NCBI RefSeq assembly: GCF_030028105.1
Contig: NC_092377.1
Coordinates: 96,106,865-96,170,864 of the forward strand
Source of the DNA: Mobula birostris
Lineage: Eukaryota
Direction: 5' to 3'
Length of the DNA stretch: 64,000 nt
Positions 53,347 to 64,000 of this stretch are shown one piece after another. The notes below the pieces were generated by a model. That model did no database searches and was not told where the DNA came from. It saw only the letters and a program-made list of their open reading frames with translations. The position numbers and the translations under genes were made by a program. The number at the start of each line of letters is the position of its first letter. The first letter of the stretch is position 1.

Positions 53347-53611
53347 ATGGAAGACAATGGGGAGGCAAAAAGTTTAACTGCTCACCAAATGGATGAATGC
53401 ACAAGAATGGCTGCATCGGAAGGTTTGGAAGAAGGAGAGGTCGAAGGGGAAACCTTACTGATAGTTGAGTCTGAAGACCAGGCATCGGTGGATCTGTCCC
53501 ACGATCAGAGTGGGGATTCCTTGAACAGTGAACTTGGTGATGAAGGTGATGTGTCCTGGGCAGAAGAAATGTCTTATTATTGTGACAAATGCCAGAAATG
53601 GATCCCCGCAA
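53347..53611 (+). CDS. KAT14: KAT14/CSRP2BP (ATAC complex acetyltransferase), first coding segment
   Basis: MEDNGE...SEGLEEGEVEGETLLIVESEDQASVDLSHDQSGDSLNS...YYCDKCQKWIPA+A; donor GTACGT; phase 1. Confidence 0.93.
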
Positions 53612-54329
53612 GTACGTATGATATTTCTGAGCACCTGTAATCTGCTTTGTTATGACTTCCATTGTAATCTCAAAGTTTACTTGGAAATTGGGCAGGTCTC
53701 TGAAAGTCAGTGCTGAAGCTCTTTAGAGTTAACTGGATAATGTGAAGAGAATTGGAATTTCCTAATGTTTTGGGTGTTAACACTTGAGGTTTTCTGCAGT
53801 TTTGGAAATGTAGAGAGATTACTGCTTATAACCAGAACTTTCTCCCTCAATACTTTCTGTTCTGGTGAACAAATAATACTGTGATTAACAAAAGATAATT
53901 TGGAGGGAAATGTCATTTTGAAAAGCCTGATTGAACTTCCAGAGTGATGGAAGCCAACCAGAGCTATTTGCACTCTCCGGTCAGTACATCTTCAATGGCA
54001 AAATGCTGAAATTAACAGCGTTCACAATCTGATTTCAACACAACAGTGTACCTCGCATCGGCAGCCCTGATGGGTCACTGGAGCAGCCCTGTTGCCATTG
54101 GTTGCTGACCTTATCGGGGTTACAGATGGTGTGGGATTTAGCTTAAGCCAAATCCACAAAGGTTGAATATTTCCTGCAGAAATTCTGCTTTCCCTAAGTG
54201 AGGGAAAGGTAGTGTGGTCATTTGTTTTTGCCCCAATCCTTCAGCTATAGAATGTTTCAGTTTGTGGGGTTCATTTAATAGGAGTATTGGATGTAGTTGA
54301 AGGTTTTTGAATGGAACAGACTACTAAAG

Positions 54330-54585
54330 TAGCAGTTAGCGCGGCACAGGGCATCGGAGTTCAGTGCCGGTGTCCTCTGTAAGGAAGCTGTGCACGTTCT
54401 CCCCATGGAATGTGTGGGTTTCCTCCGGGTGCTCTGGTTTTCTCCCACAGTCTAAAGACATTCCGGGTGGGCTAATTGTAAATTGTCCTGTGATTAGGCT
54501 AGGGTTAGATTGGTGTTGTCGGGGTTTGCTAGGCAGCGTAGCTTGACGGGCCTTTTCTGCATGGTACCTCTAAATAAATAAATAA
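54330..54585 (+). mobile_element. tRNA-derived SINE (related copies at about 10610-10705 and 60335-60560)
   Basis: gtgggtttcctccgggtgctctggttttctcccacagtctaaagac core typical of fish V-SINE/HE1-like SINEs. Confidence 0.65.
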
Positions 54586-55605
54586 CCTCCAGTAGCTGAT
54601 GATGGGTCTGTTCCTCTTCCTGTTTCTTCAGAAATTCTGGGGCTTATCAGCTGAGATAAGTATACATTCCTTTGGAAGTTGAAAGGACAGGATGTCCACC
54701 CGTTATGTTTTAACCAAAGTTCCTTCTTCACTCTCCCAAAATCACCTGCCCCCAATCCCCGATAGCTGTGGCAGGTGGCTGATACATATCGTTTCATAAG
54801 TGGACCAGTGGGCAACTGAACCTGAATGTGTAGAAAAGTCCAGTTCCTAACAGTCTGCGGGCTGTAGTGCTTGGGTATGTTCTGACTAAAGGCTAGAAGT
54901 CAGAGTTATTGTGATCGAGCAGATAACTCCCTTGGGTACTGGGAAAGGACTGGATGCACCAGTGACTTTACCCACACTGTGTATCGGTAAACAGGATGAA
55001 TTCTTACTTGGTTTAGTTTCGCCCCAAACTCGATTGCCCCCGATGAGCATATGAGATGTTTTGACAGAACTGGGAGATAAACTGTTTCTACTAAAAAGTT
55101 AGTAACAAGGATATAAGGTCATTGATCACTGAAGCGAAGCAAAGAAGAGGGATTTTTTTAATGTACCAAGCTATGATCAAAATTGCACAGAGTGAAACGT
55201 GGTGTGAGCAGGACCAACAGTAACTTTCAGAACAAAACTGACTTATTGAAGAATGAAGTTTATAGTGCTGTGAAGAATAGACGACAGGACTAATTGGGGC
55301 AGCTTTCAAAAAAGCCTGATGTTGCCATCCGTTGTAATCATTAATGGGAAACAGACATCGTGAGTTAGATATGGAGTTAGGATTCTGCTCTGGTTTCGAC
55401 AGTTGCCAATATAAAAGGAAGTTCTTTCTTACCAGAGCCACTGTTTTAAGTATTTTCCCACAAATAAAATAAAATAAATAAAAATGTACTGATCTTAATG
55501 TTTGCATTGGCCTATATGAATTGTCCAATCAATAATAGAAAGCTGAGCTGAAGGCAAAGGTGCTGAAATGTTCAGTAGATCAGACACCATCTGTGGAGAG
55601 AAAAA

Positions 55606-56028
55606 NNNNNNNNNNNNNNNNNNNNNNNNNNNNNNNNNNNNNNNNNNNNNNNNNNNNNNNNNNNNNNNNNNNNNNNNNNNNNNNNNNNNNNNNNNNNNNN
55701 NNNNNNNNNNNNNNNNNNNNNNNNNNNNNNNNNNNNNNNNNNNNNNNNNNNNNNNNNNNNNNNNNNNNNNNNNNNNNNNNNNNNNNNNNNNNNNNNNNNN
55801 NNNNNNNNNNNNNNNNNNNNNNNNNNNNNNNNNNNNNNNNNNNNNNNNNNNNNNNNNNNNNNNNNNNNNNNNNNNNNNNNNNNNNNNNNNNNNNNNNNNN
55901 NNNNNNNNNNNNNNNNNNNNNNNNNNNNNNNNNNNNNNNNNNNNNNNNNNNNNNNNNNNNNNNNNNNNNNNNNNNNNNNNNNNNNNNNNNNNNNNNNNNN
56001 NNNNNNNNNNNNNNNNNNNNNNNNNNNN
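55606..56028. other. Assembly gap (423 N) in KAT14 intron
   Basis: Run of N. Confidence 1.
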
Positions 56029-56094
56029 CATTTTTTAAGTGTTAGATAGCACAACCATGAACCAATGTGGTATTTTTAAGCTGTTTTATTCTGT

Positions 56095-56292
56095 ATTCAT
56101 ACAACTTGTGACCTTGTGGTGCATCAGACAGCAACCTTGCTGTTTCTTTAGTGTTTGTTTTTGACGAGGCCGAGTTGCTAGCTCGATGCTCAACCCAGCA
56201 GGGATGGAAAGCATGCAAGGAGCCGGCCAGATTCGAACATGGGACCACTCGTTTCGAAATCTGCTGCGGATGCCACTGCACCACTGGCCGGC
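56095..56292 (-). mobile_element. tRNA-derived SINE
   Basis: Minus strand A box TGGTGCAGTGG and B box GTTCGAATC. Confidence 0.7.
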
Positions 56293-56954
56293 TATGTGAT
56301 CTACCTGTGGTCGTAGAAGTACAAATGAGGAAAAAAAAATTATTTTATGGTTATACTTTGATCCTGGGATGTAAATAAAGGCAGTGCCTTGCGTTGGAGC
56401 AGATATGGAGTGTGCTATTGAAGCATTTAAAAATATTATATTAATTTGTTTAGATAGATATAGAGGAAGAATTTCCCTCAATCAAAATCCAGAACAAGGG
56501 ATGCCACCTTAAAATTGTGGCTAAGCTTTCAGGACTGACTCAGAATGTAATTTTTCATATAAAGGGTGGGAGAAATGTGGAATTCTATCCTACAAGAGAA
56601 ATAAGTTGAGATCATATCAAGGAATGTGACACGAAGAAATGTGAATAGCGGAGTGGTAAATGGTACAGAACTGCCATACTCTGGGAGAGAAAGCCAGGAT
56701 AGACTTGAAGTAGGCTTGCATGGTTTGTTTTGCTTAAGAGAAAGAAAATATAATGCTTGTTTTTATTTTGAACTGCTCTAAATGATACCTGATCACTTTT
56801 CTGACACACGGCACACTAACTGCTTGTGAAGTTCACCAGTTGGGAAGATGCACAATACATGTCTTATCCTTTTCGTAAAGTTTAGACTTTGAATACCTTT
56901 TTACTGTTTCTTTTCCCCAGTTTGACAACGATTACATTCTTTCTTGGTTTTCAG

Positions 56955-57076
56955 CTCAGTTGAGGGGAGAGCACCCCAGTTACTTGCGAGGTGATAATTT
57001 CTTCCGGTTTAGCTGTTCAGACTGCACAGAGGATCGGAAGGAGCATTTTGAAAGACTGAAGCTCACATGGCAACAA
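56955..57076 (+). CDS. KAT14: KAT14 coding exon 2
   Basis: Acceptor ggttttcag; (T)QLRGEHPSYLRGDNFFRFSCSDCTEDRKEHFERLKLTWQQ; donor GTGAGT; 122 nt, phases 1/0. Confidence 0.93.
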
Positions 57077-58932
57077 GTGAGTGTGTATCTAGAGCACTGT
57101 GTGGATTGATTTTATCTTCTGAATCAATTCTGCCATCTTGCACTTCAGGATCAATATCCCTACTTGTTTCTTTCTCTTTATCTCCAGTGTTCTATATTAT
57201 GTTCAAAAAGGGAGGTACTTAGTGGGAATCTATAGGTCAGATAGCTTAACAACTGTTACTGGGAATATATTAGAGTCTAATCAAGCGAAAAATAGCTGGT
57301 CATTTACAAAAAGTTTAATCCAATCAAACCAAATCAACATGGGTTAATGAAAGAAAAGTCAAGTTAGACAAGTTTATAAATGTTCTTTGAGGATATTACA
57401 ATTTGAGGCAATAGAGGGGAACTTGTACATCTAATGTTACTGGATTTCCAGAAGACATTTGATAAGGTGCCACATAAAAGGTTGTCACACAAGGTAAGAA
57501 CACACAGTATTGTGGGAAGTATATTAGCATGGTTTGAAGACTGGTTATTGAATAGAAGATAGAGATTTGGAATAAATGGGTCTTTTTCAGAAAGATGTAG
57601 CTAGTGGAATTCTCCAAGGATCAATCCTTAGCTTTCAATTTACTAACTATAGTAATGACTGAGAAGAGGGGGAAGATAAAATATTGATTATAGGTGGGAA
57701 AGCATGCTGCAATAAATATATTTGGACTCCAACAAAATATCATAAGATTGAACTAGCGGACAGAAATGTTGCAAATACAGTTTAATGAAAGCAAAGAACG
57801 AGGTTGCGCATTTGGGAAATTGTAGCTCGGTGATATAACACCTTTGAATCTAAAGAATGATGTCACAGCATACTGATAGCATTCCCTTGGAAGCTGAAGC
57901 AATGAAATTGTTTCTACCCTGATGAACTTATCTCCTCAGACTACCTCTGCTAACACTGAGAGGATAAGCGAAAAACACAGTCTGCTGTGAGAAAGCAAAT
58001 ATTACTTCAAGGAAGACGAGGTAGAAATTAATTTGGAGAATCAGCTCTATTGTCATGAGAGGGCAACACACTAATTGCAAAGCAATGGAATACTTGCCAA
58101 ACTAGCAGTTCCCAATGAGATTTATTGTGTTGTTCGGAGATGTGCTCTAGCTCCTCAGACATTAGAATTTCTTTATAGCCTATTATGTCCTGCATTTGGG
58201 CATGGACTCACGGTAAGTGGGGAACCCATGTCCTCATACAATAGAAAATGCTCCAGATTTATTTTATATAATATATCTGCTATAAGTGTCAAATTTCATT
58301 TTCAGTTGCTAGATTTACACCTGGGTCTTGTAACTGGAAGGTTAGAACTAAAGAATTGAGTCGTCGATGTTACTCTAGGGTGTAAAGTATTGCAGCTTTC
58401 TACTTCTTGGCCACATTTTCCGTATCCAAGGAATATTGCCAGCATCAATACTGTTGCTACTTTTGCTTCTCTTGGCAAGCCTGCTACATTCAGTCTCAGT
58501 GAGCACTACCGAATTTCCTTTTGCTTTATTTTTATCTCTGTCACTAACTTCCCATCTTTCTCATGTAAACAATACTGTGGCAAACTCCAATAAGAAGTTC
58601 CTATTAGCCACTAACTTTTAGTCTCCCAGTGGTCCTGCTTCATTGTCCTTAATGTTTTATAGCAGCTTTCCAATAAAATTAAAAACTAATTTTAAAAAAA
58701 GTGCAGCAAAAATAACAGAGGCAAATGGTGCTGACTTTCTATTTTGCATATTAAATACTGTTATGTAATTTATAATTAACAGCTGTATTGCTCTTTGAGA
58801 GCTTGTGCGGACTTGTTGAGCTAAATGGCTTTCCTCTGTGTTCTGCTTTTCTGTGTTGGGAGACATTCTAAGATGAGAGGTATGATACAATCCCCATTCC
58901 TGAATTGAGCCTTTGTTTCCTCTTTGTATTAG

Positions 58933-59054
58933 GTTGTGGTATTGGCCATGTACAATTTATCATTGGAAGGGACTGGTCGCCAAGGCTACTTCCGTTGGAA
59001 GGAGGATATTTGTGCTTTTATCGACAAGCACTGGGCATTCTTATTAGGGAACAG
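58933..59054 (+). CDS. KAT14: KAT14 coding exon 3
   Basis: Acceptor tctttgtattag; VVVLAMYNLSLEGTGRQGYFRWKEDICAFIDKHWAFLLGN+AG; donor GTAAAC; phases 0/2. Confidence 0.93.
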
Positions 59055-60744
59055 GTAAACTCTCCTTCCACAATCCACAGAAGACTTGCCTGAAAAATTG
59101 TAACATTTTGTGGTGGGAGAATTGTGTTGTGCTGGAATATCATGGTGTTTCAGATTTTCCTGATGTAACCATTGGTTCAAGGCAATACGGTATCTGCTTA
59201 CTGTGCATTTCCAGCACAGTGATACATTGGCAGAATCGTGGAGAAATGGAAGCAAATCTTTAAGCAGATATTTGTATGTCTATAACTTGTAATTTAGGCT
59301 CTTGCCCAGTATTGATCATTGCTAAGTTATTTGCCGTTTGATGAATGTAGCTCATTTGCCCTCTTGTAAGCCAGGCTGAACTTGCAATTACTTACAAACA
59401 GGAAGGTGGAAATGGGTTTCAAATTCAAGTTCAAGTTTATTGTCATTCAACTTTACACATGTATATAACTAAATAAAACAACATTCCTCGCCACCAGAGA
59501 AAAACTCAATACACACATCACATACAGAACGTAAAATAATATCGACACTATAAAAGTATTTCTGATGTACAAGTTGACATGAAGTGCATATACAACACAT
59601 AAGTAATGTGTACTGGGTGCTTCAGAAGTCTCATGGCCTGGGGGAAGAAGCTCTTACCCAGCCTTACAGTTCTTGTTCCTATATGGGTGGTACCTTCTGC
59701 CTGACAGTAGGAGGTCAAAGAGATTGTGCAAATGTTGGGAGGGGTCCTTGATAATGCTGAGGGCTCTGCGAACACAGTGCTTCTGGTATATGTCCTGAAT
59801 GGGAAGTTGTCCTGAAAAACTACAGCAAGGCTTATGTTTTCCTGGTCAAATATCTGGTGCTCATTGCTTTCAATGCAGTTCTGCAGACTTTTCTTATCTG
59901 TGTTCTCTATTCACAATCCTTGCCTGTGCAGCCAACTCAACAGTTGCTGCTTTTTGTTAATTTTTATATCTTCTGACACTGTAACTGCTTTTGGATTTTG
60001 GAGGCCCCTCCCCTTATTAAACAATGAATGATTTTTTTTTTTGAGGACCATTTACTGAGCAAGTACCAGAGAAAACAGACAATGCATTCTGCATGGCAAT
60101 AATTTCCTCTCATCAGTCTAGTTTTTGTTTAATTACTGTACATTAGAACATGGTGTCCCTGACTCAGTTAAGAGATTGAGCTCTGGTTTTAGTGGAGAGC
60201 AGTTTTCTGGGCCCTGTGTATCTCATGTTTTACTCCTTTATATTCTCTTGGAAGTAATATACATAATCTTTTTCCCTTGCCCTGCCATATTGTGACTGCA
60301 GCAGTCCCATCACTCTAGTTTTCCCAAACTGTCTGGCAGCACAGGGGTACAGTGGGTAGAGATATTGCCTTAGTTCTGGCAACTTTCGTTCAATCCTGAT
60401 CTCAGCTGCTGTCTGTGCCGAGTTTCCATGTTTCCCCTGTCAATGTCCCTTGGATAGTCAAGTTTCTTTCCACATTCCAAAGGTGCGATTGGTTCTCTGA
60501 ATGTTGTTGGCAGTAGGAAAGTCAAGGTAGAGTTGATGGGCATGTGAAAGAGAGTATACTATGTCAGCAGACAAGAGGTATAGAGTTAGTGCAGGGAAAC
60601 TACACTGAGCTGAAAGAGGAGCCACGATCTTATTAAATGGCATAAGACGCTGGATTGACTAGTAAGTTTTTATTTATTGTACTATGAAGGTGATACAGCA
60701 GAAAGTTTAAGCAGCTTAATTTTATGTAAATAGTGCCATGTAGA

Positions 60745-61085
60745 GCTATAGACAGTAAGTGCAGGAGTAGGCCATTCAGCCCTTCGAGCCAGCACTACTA
60801 TTCACTGTGATCATGGCTGATCATCCGCAATCAGTACCCTTTTCCTGCCTTCTCCCCATATCCCTTCACTCTGCTATCTTTAAGAGCTGTATCTAACTCT
60901 TTTTTGAAAGAATCCAGAGAATTGGCCTCCACTGCCTTCTGAGGCAGAGCATTCCACAGAACCACAACCCTCTGTGTGAAAAAGTTTTTCCTTAACTCCT
61001 TTCTAAATTGTCTACCCCTTATTCTTAAACTGTGGCCTCTGATTCTGGACTCTCCCAACATTGGGAACACGTTTCCTGCCTCTAG
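60745..61085 (-). mobile_element. CR1 LINE 3' end
   Basis: RGHSLRIRGRQFRKELRKNFFTQRVV. Confidence 0.85.
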
Positions 61086-61600
61086 CTAACACTAACTTCG
61101 GTTGTTTTTTCCAGAGAGTTGAAGTCTGAGGGGAGACCTGATAATAGTTTATAAACTTAAGGAAGCATAGATAAGGTAGACAGTCAGAATCTTTCTCCCA
61201 GAGCAGAAATGTCAACTACTAAAGGATATCAAAGTTCAAAGTAAATTTATTATCGAAGTACATTTATGATACCATATACTACTCTGAGATTCATTTCCTT
61301 GAGAACATTCACAGCAGGTACAAAGAAACAATAAAATCAATGAAAAACTGCACACAAAGAGAGACAAACAACCAATGTGCAGAAGAAGACAAACTGTAAA
61401 GACTGGTGATTGCATAAATGTTGGATTTTGTCAGTCTTTGTTATGTGTAGATTTTTTTTGTGAATTCTATAGTGTTTCTTTGTTTTCCCTTGGGTGCCTG
61501 CAAGAAAATGAATCTCAAGATTGTATATGATATACGTACTTTATATGTTCTTTAGTACATCCTGAACTTTCACTTAGCTTATGCTGTCTTTGCACTTTAG

Positions 61601-61782
61601 GAAAAAGACCTCAACTTGGTGGAGTACTGTAGCTGGCTGCCTGTCGGTGGGCAGTCCGATGTATTTCCGCTCGGGTGCTCAGCAGTTTGGTGAACCTGGC
61701 TGGTGGAAGTTGGTGCACAATAAACCCCCAGTCCTGAGGCCAGAAGGGGAGAGACCATCAAGCACAACACTGAAGGCAAGAG
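61601..61782 (+). CDS. KAT14: KAT14 coding exon 4 (gene continues beyond window)
   Basis: Acceptor tgcactttag; (R)KKTSTWWSTVAGCLSVGSPMYFRSGAQQFGEPGWWKLVHNKPPVLRPEGERPSSTTLKAR+G; donor GTGAGC. Confidence 0.93.
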
Positions 61783-61929
61783 GTGAGCTTGTGTGATTAG
61801 AACGGGGTTTTTTTATCACTGACTTACTGTACATGATGTGAAATTAGTTTTGTGGCAGTAGTCCAGTGCAAGGATAAAGTTACTATAAAATACTAAAATA
61901 AAGAAATACTGCAAAAAAAAAAAAAAACA

Positions 61930-62830
61930 AGTTTGTAATGGTTTATGGACCATTTAGAAAACTAATGGGCGAGGGTAAGAAGCTGAGTGTGGGTCTTTGG
62001 GCTCCTGTACCTCCTCCGCAATGGTACTGACATGAAGAGTGCGTGTCCATGATGGTGAGGATCTTTATTGATGAATGCTGACTCTTTAGGATGCCCTCGA
62101 TGGTGGAGAGGGTTGTGCCCGTGATAGAGTTGGCTGAGTCTTCAACCTTCTGAAGCCCCTTGCGACTTTTTCCAATGGAGCTTCCGCACCAGACTGTGAT
62201 GTAACCATTGTACACCTACAGTACAGAAATTTGCAAGAATCTTTGGTGACGTACCAAATCTCCTCAAACTGCTAACAAGGTAGAGCTGCTGTTGTGCCTC
62301 CTTCATGATTGCATCAATGTGTTGGGCCCAGAGCAGATTCTTTGAGACGTTGATGCTCACGAACATGAAACTGCTCACTCTTTCTGTTGCTAACCCCTCA
62401 ATGACAACTGGTGTGTGTGTTCTGTCGACTTTCCCTTCCTTAAGTCTACAATCAATTCCTTTGTCTTGTAAAGTTGAGTGGTAGATTGTTGTGACACCAC
62501 TCAACCAGCCGGTCTGTCTCACTCCCGTACATCTCTTCGTCTGAGATTTTACCAACAATATTGGTGTCATCTGCAAATTCATAGATGACATTTGAGCTTG
62601 GCTTAGTCACACAGTCATGAATGTAGAGAATGTAGAGCAGTGGACTAAGCATGCATCCTAGAGATGCGCCTGCATTGATTGTCAGCAAGGAGAAGATGTT
62701 ATTATTAATCTGTATGGGCTGTAGTCTCCTAATGAAGAAGTTGAGGATTCAGTTGCAAAGGAAGATACGAAGGCCCGAGTTTTCAACCTTGATAATTAGT
62801 ACCAAAGGGAAGACGGTGTTGAACAGTGAT
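61930..62830 (-). mobile_element. Rex/L2-type LINE RT fragment
   Basis: GCMLSPLLYILYIHDC...IYEFADDT. Confidence 0.85.
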
Positions 62831-62834
62831 AAAC

Positions 62835-64000
62835 AAAGCCTTTTAAAACAATGGAACGACATTAGCAATACGCGTTTCTAATGACATTTGAAATATTTCT
62901 GTCAGAGCCCCTGCTATTTCCACACTAACTTCCCTCAATGTCCTAGGGAATATCCTGTCAGGACCCGGGGACTTATCCACTTTTATATTCCTTAAAAGCT
63001 CCAGTACTACCACTACTTTAATCATCATAGTTTCCATAACTTCCCTACCCGTTTCCCTTTATCTTACACAATTCAATATCCTTCTCCTTAGTGAATACCG
63101 AAGAAAAGAAATTGTTAAGAATCTCCATCCCTTTTGGCTCCACACATAGCCGTCCACTCTGATTCTCTAAGAGACCAATTTTATCCCTCACTATCCTTTT
63201 GCTATTTATATAACGGTAGAAACCCTCGGGATTTATTTTCACCTTACTTGCCAAAACAACCTCATATCTTCTTGCAACACACATAAAAGTTGCTGGTGAA
63301 TGCAGCAGGCCAGGCAGCATCTCTAGGAAGAGGCGCAGTCGACGTTTCAGGCCGAGACCAGCAACTTTGATGTGTGTTGCTTGAATTTCCAGCATCTGCA
63401 GAATTCCTGTTGTTTGCGCTCATATCTTCTTTTAGCTTTTCTAATTTCTTTCTTAAGATTCTTTTTACATTCTTTATATTCCTCGAGCACCTCATTTACT
63501 CCATGCTGTCTATATTTATTGTTGATCTCTCTTTTCTGAACCAAGTTTCCAATATCCCTTGAAAACCATGGCTCTCTCAAACTTTTAACCTTTCCTTTCA
63601 ACCTAACAGGAACATAAAGATTCTGTTCTCTCAAAATTTCACCTTTAAATGACCTCCATTTCTCTATTACATCCTTCCCATAAAACAGATTATCCCAATC
63701 CACTCCTTCTAAATCCTTTCGCATTTCCTCAAAGTTAGCCTTTCTCCAATCAAAAATCTCAACCCTGGGTCCAGATCTATCCTTCTTCATAATTATATTG
63801 AAACTAATAGCATTGTGATCACTGGACCCAAAGTGCTCCGCAATACAAACCTCCTTCACCTGACCTACCTCATTCCCTAACAGGAGAGCCAACACTGCCC
63901 CTTCTCTCGTTGGTACCTCTATATATTGCTGCAAAAAACTATCTTGCACACATTTTACAAACTCCAAACCATCCAGCCCTTTTACAGTATGGGCTTCCCA
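62835..64000 (-). mobile_element. Young CR1 LINE ORF2 fragment (runs off window end)
   Basis: FLQQYIEVPTRE...HFGSSDHNAI; KSPGPDRIFPRTLRE. Confidence 0.9.
63274..63418. mobile_element. 145-bp Penelope-derived hairpin insertion inside CR1, 13-bp TSD
   Basis: CTCATATCTTCTT duplicated at 63261-63273 and 63419-63431; 23-bp inverted arms 63274-63296 and 63358-63380. Confidence 0.85.

Noticed and set aside
53179-53349. Stop-codon readthrough fusing full PET117 to KAT14 (both are in the same frame)
   Set aside because: The spacer has further in-frame stops (TGA 12 codons after the TAG, TAA at 53317).
55495-56054. ORFs made of X
   Set aside because: Artefacts of the N gap.

Overview
Eukaryotic, intron-rich vertebrate DNA. 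The repeat landscape (CR1, Rex/L2-type LINEs, Penelope-like elements, tRNA-derived SINEs) suggests a cartilaginous fish, probably a ray; that is an inference. Four genes can be rebuilt from protein recognition plus phase-consistent GT-AG splice sites: (1) the last coding exon of MGME1 (+, 92-238, absent from the ORF track); (2) a complete 4-exon OVOL2 (-, 18797 to 6149, 261 aa, SNAG motif + 4 C2H2 fingers); (3) a complete 2-exon PET117 (+, 50136-53181, 86 aa); (4) the first four coding exons of KAT14/CSRP2BP (+, 53347-61782, continuing past the window). This is the same order as human 20p11.23. The rest is mostly decayed transposons, plus one assembly gap (55606-56028). The most notable observation is that PET117 and KAT14 are only 165 nt apart with no canonical poly(A) signal between them. 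A candidate NAGNAG acceptor 12 nt before the KAT14 ATG would splice the PET117 hydrophobic exon 1 in frame onto KAT14. The Penelope copies carry minimal hammerhead-ribozyme motifs, and the OVOL2 promoter has a ZEB/OVOL/GRHL motif cluster. Repeat boundaries are approximate unless a target-site duplication (TSD) is given.
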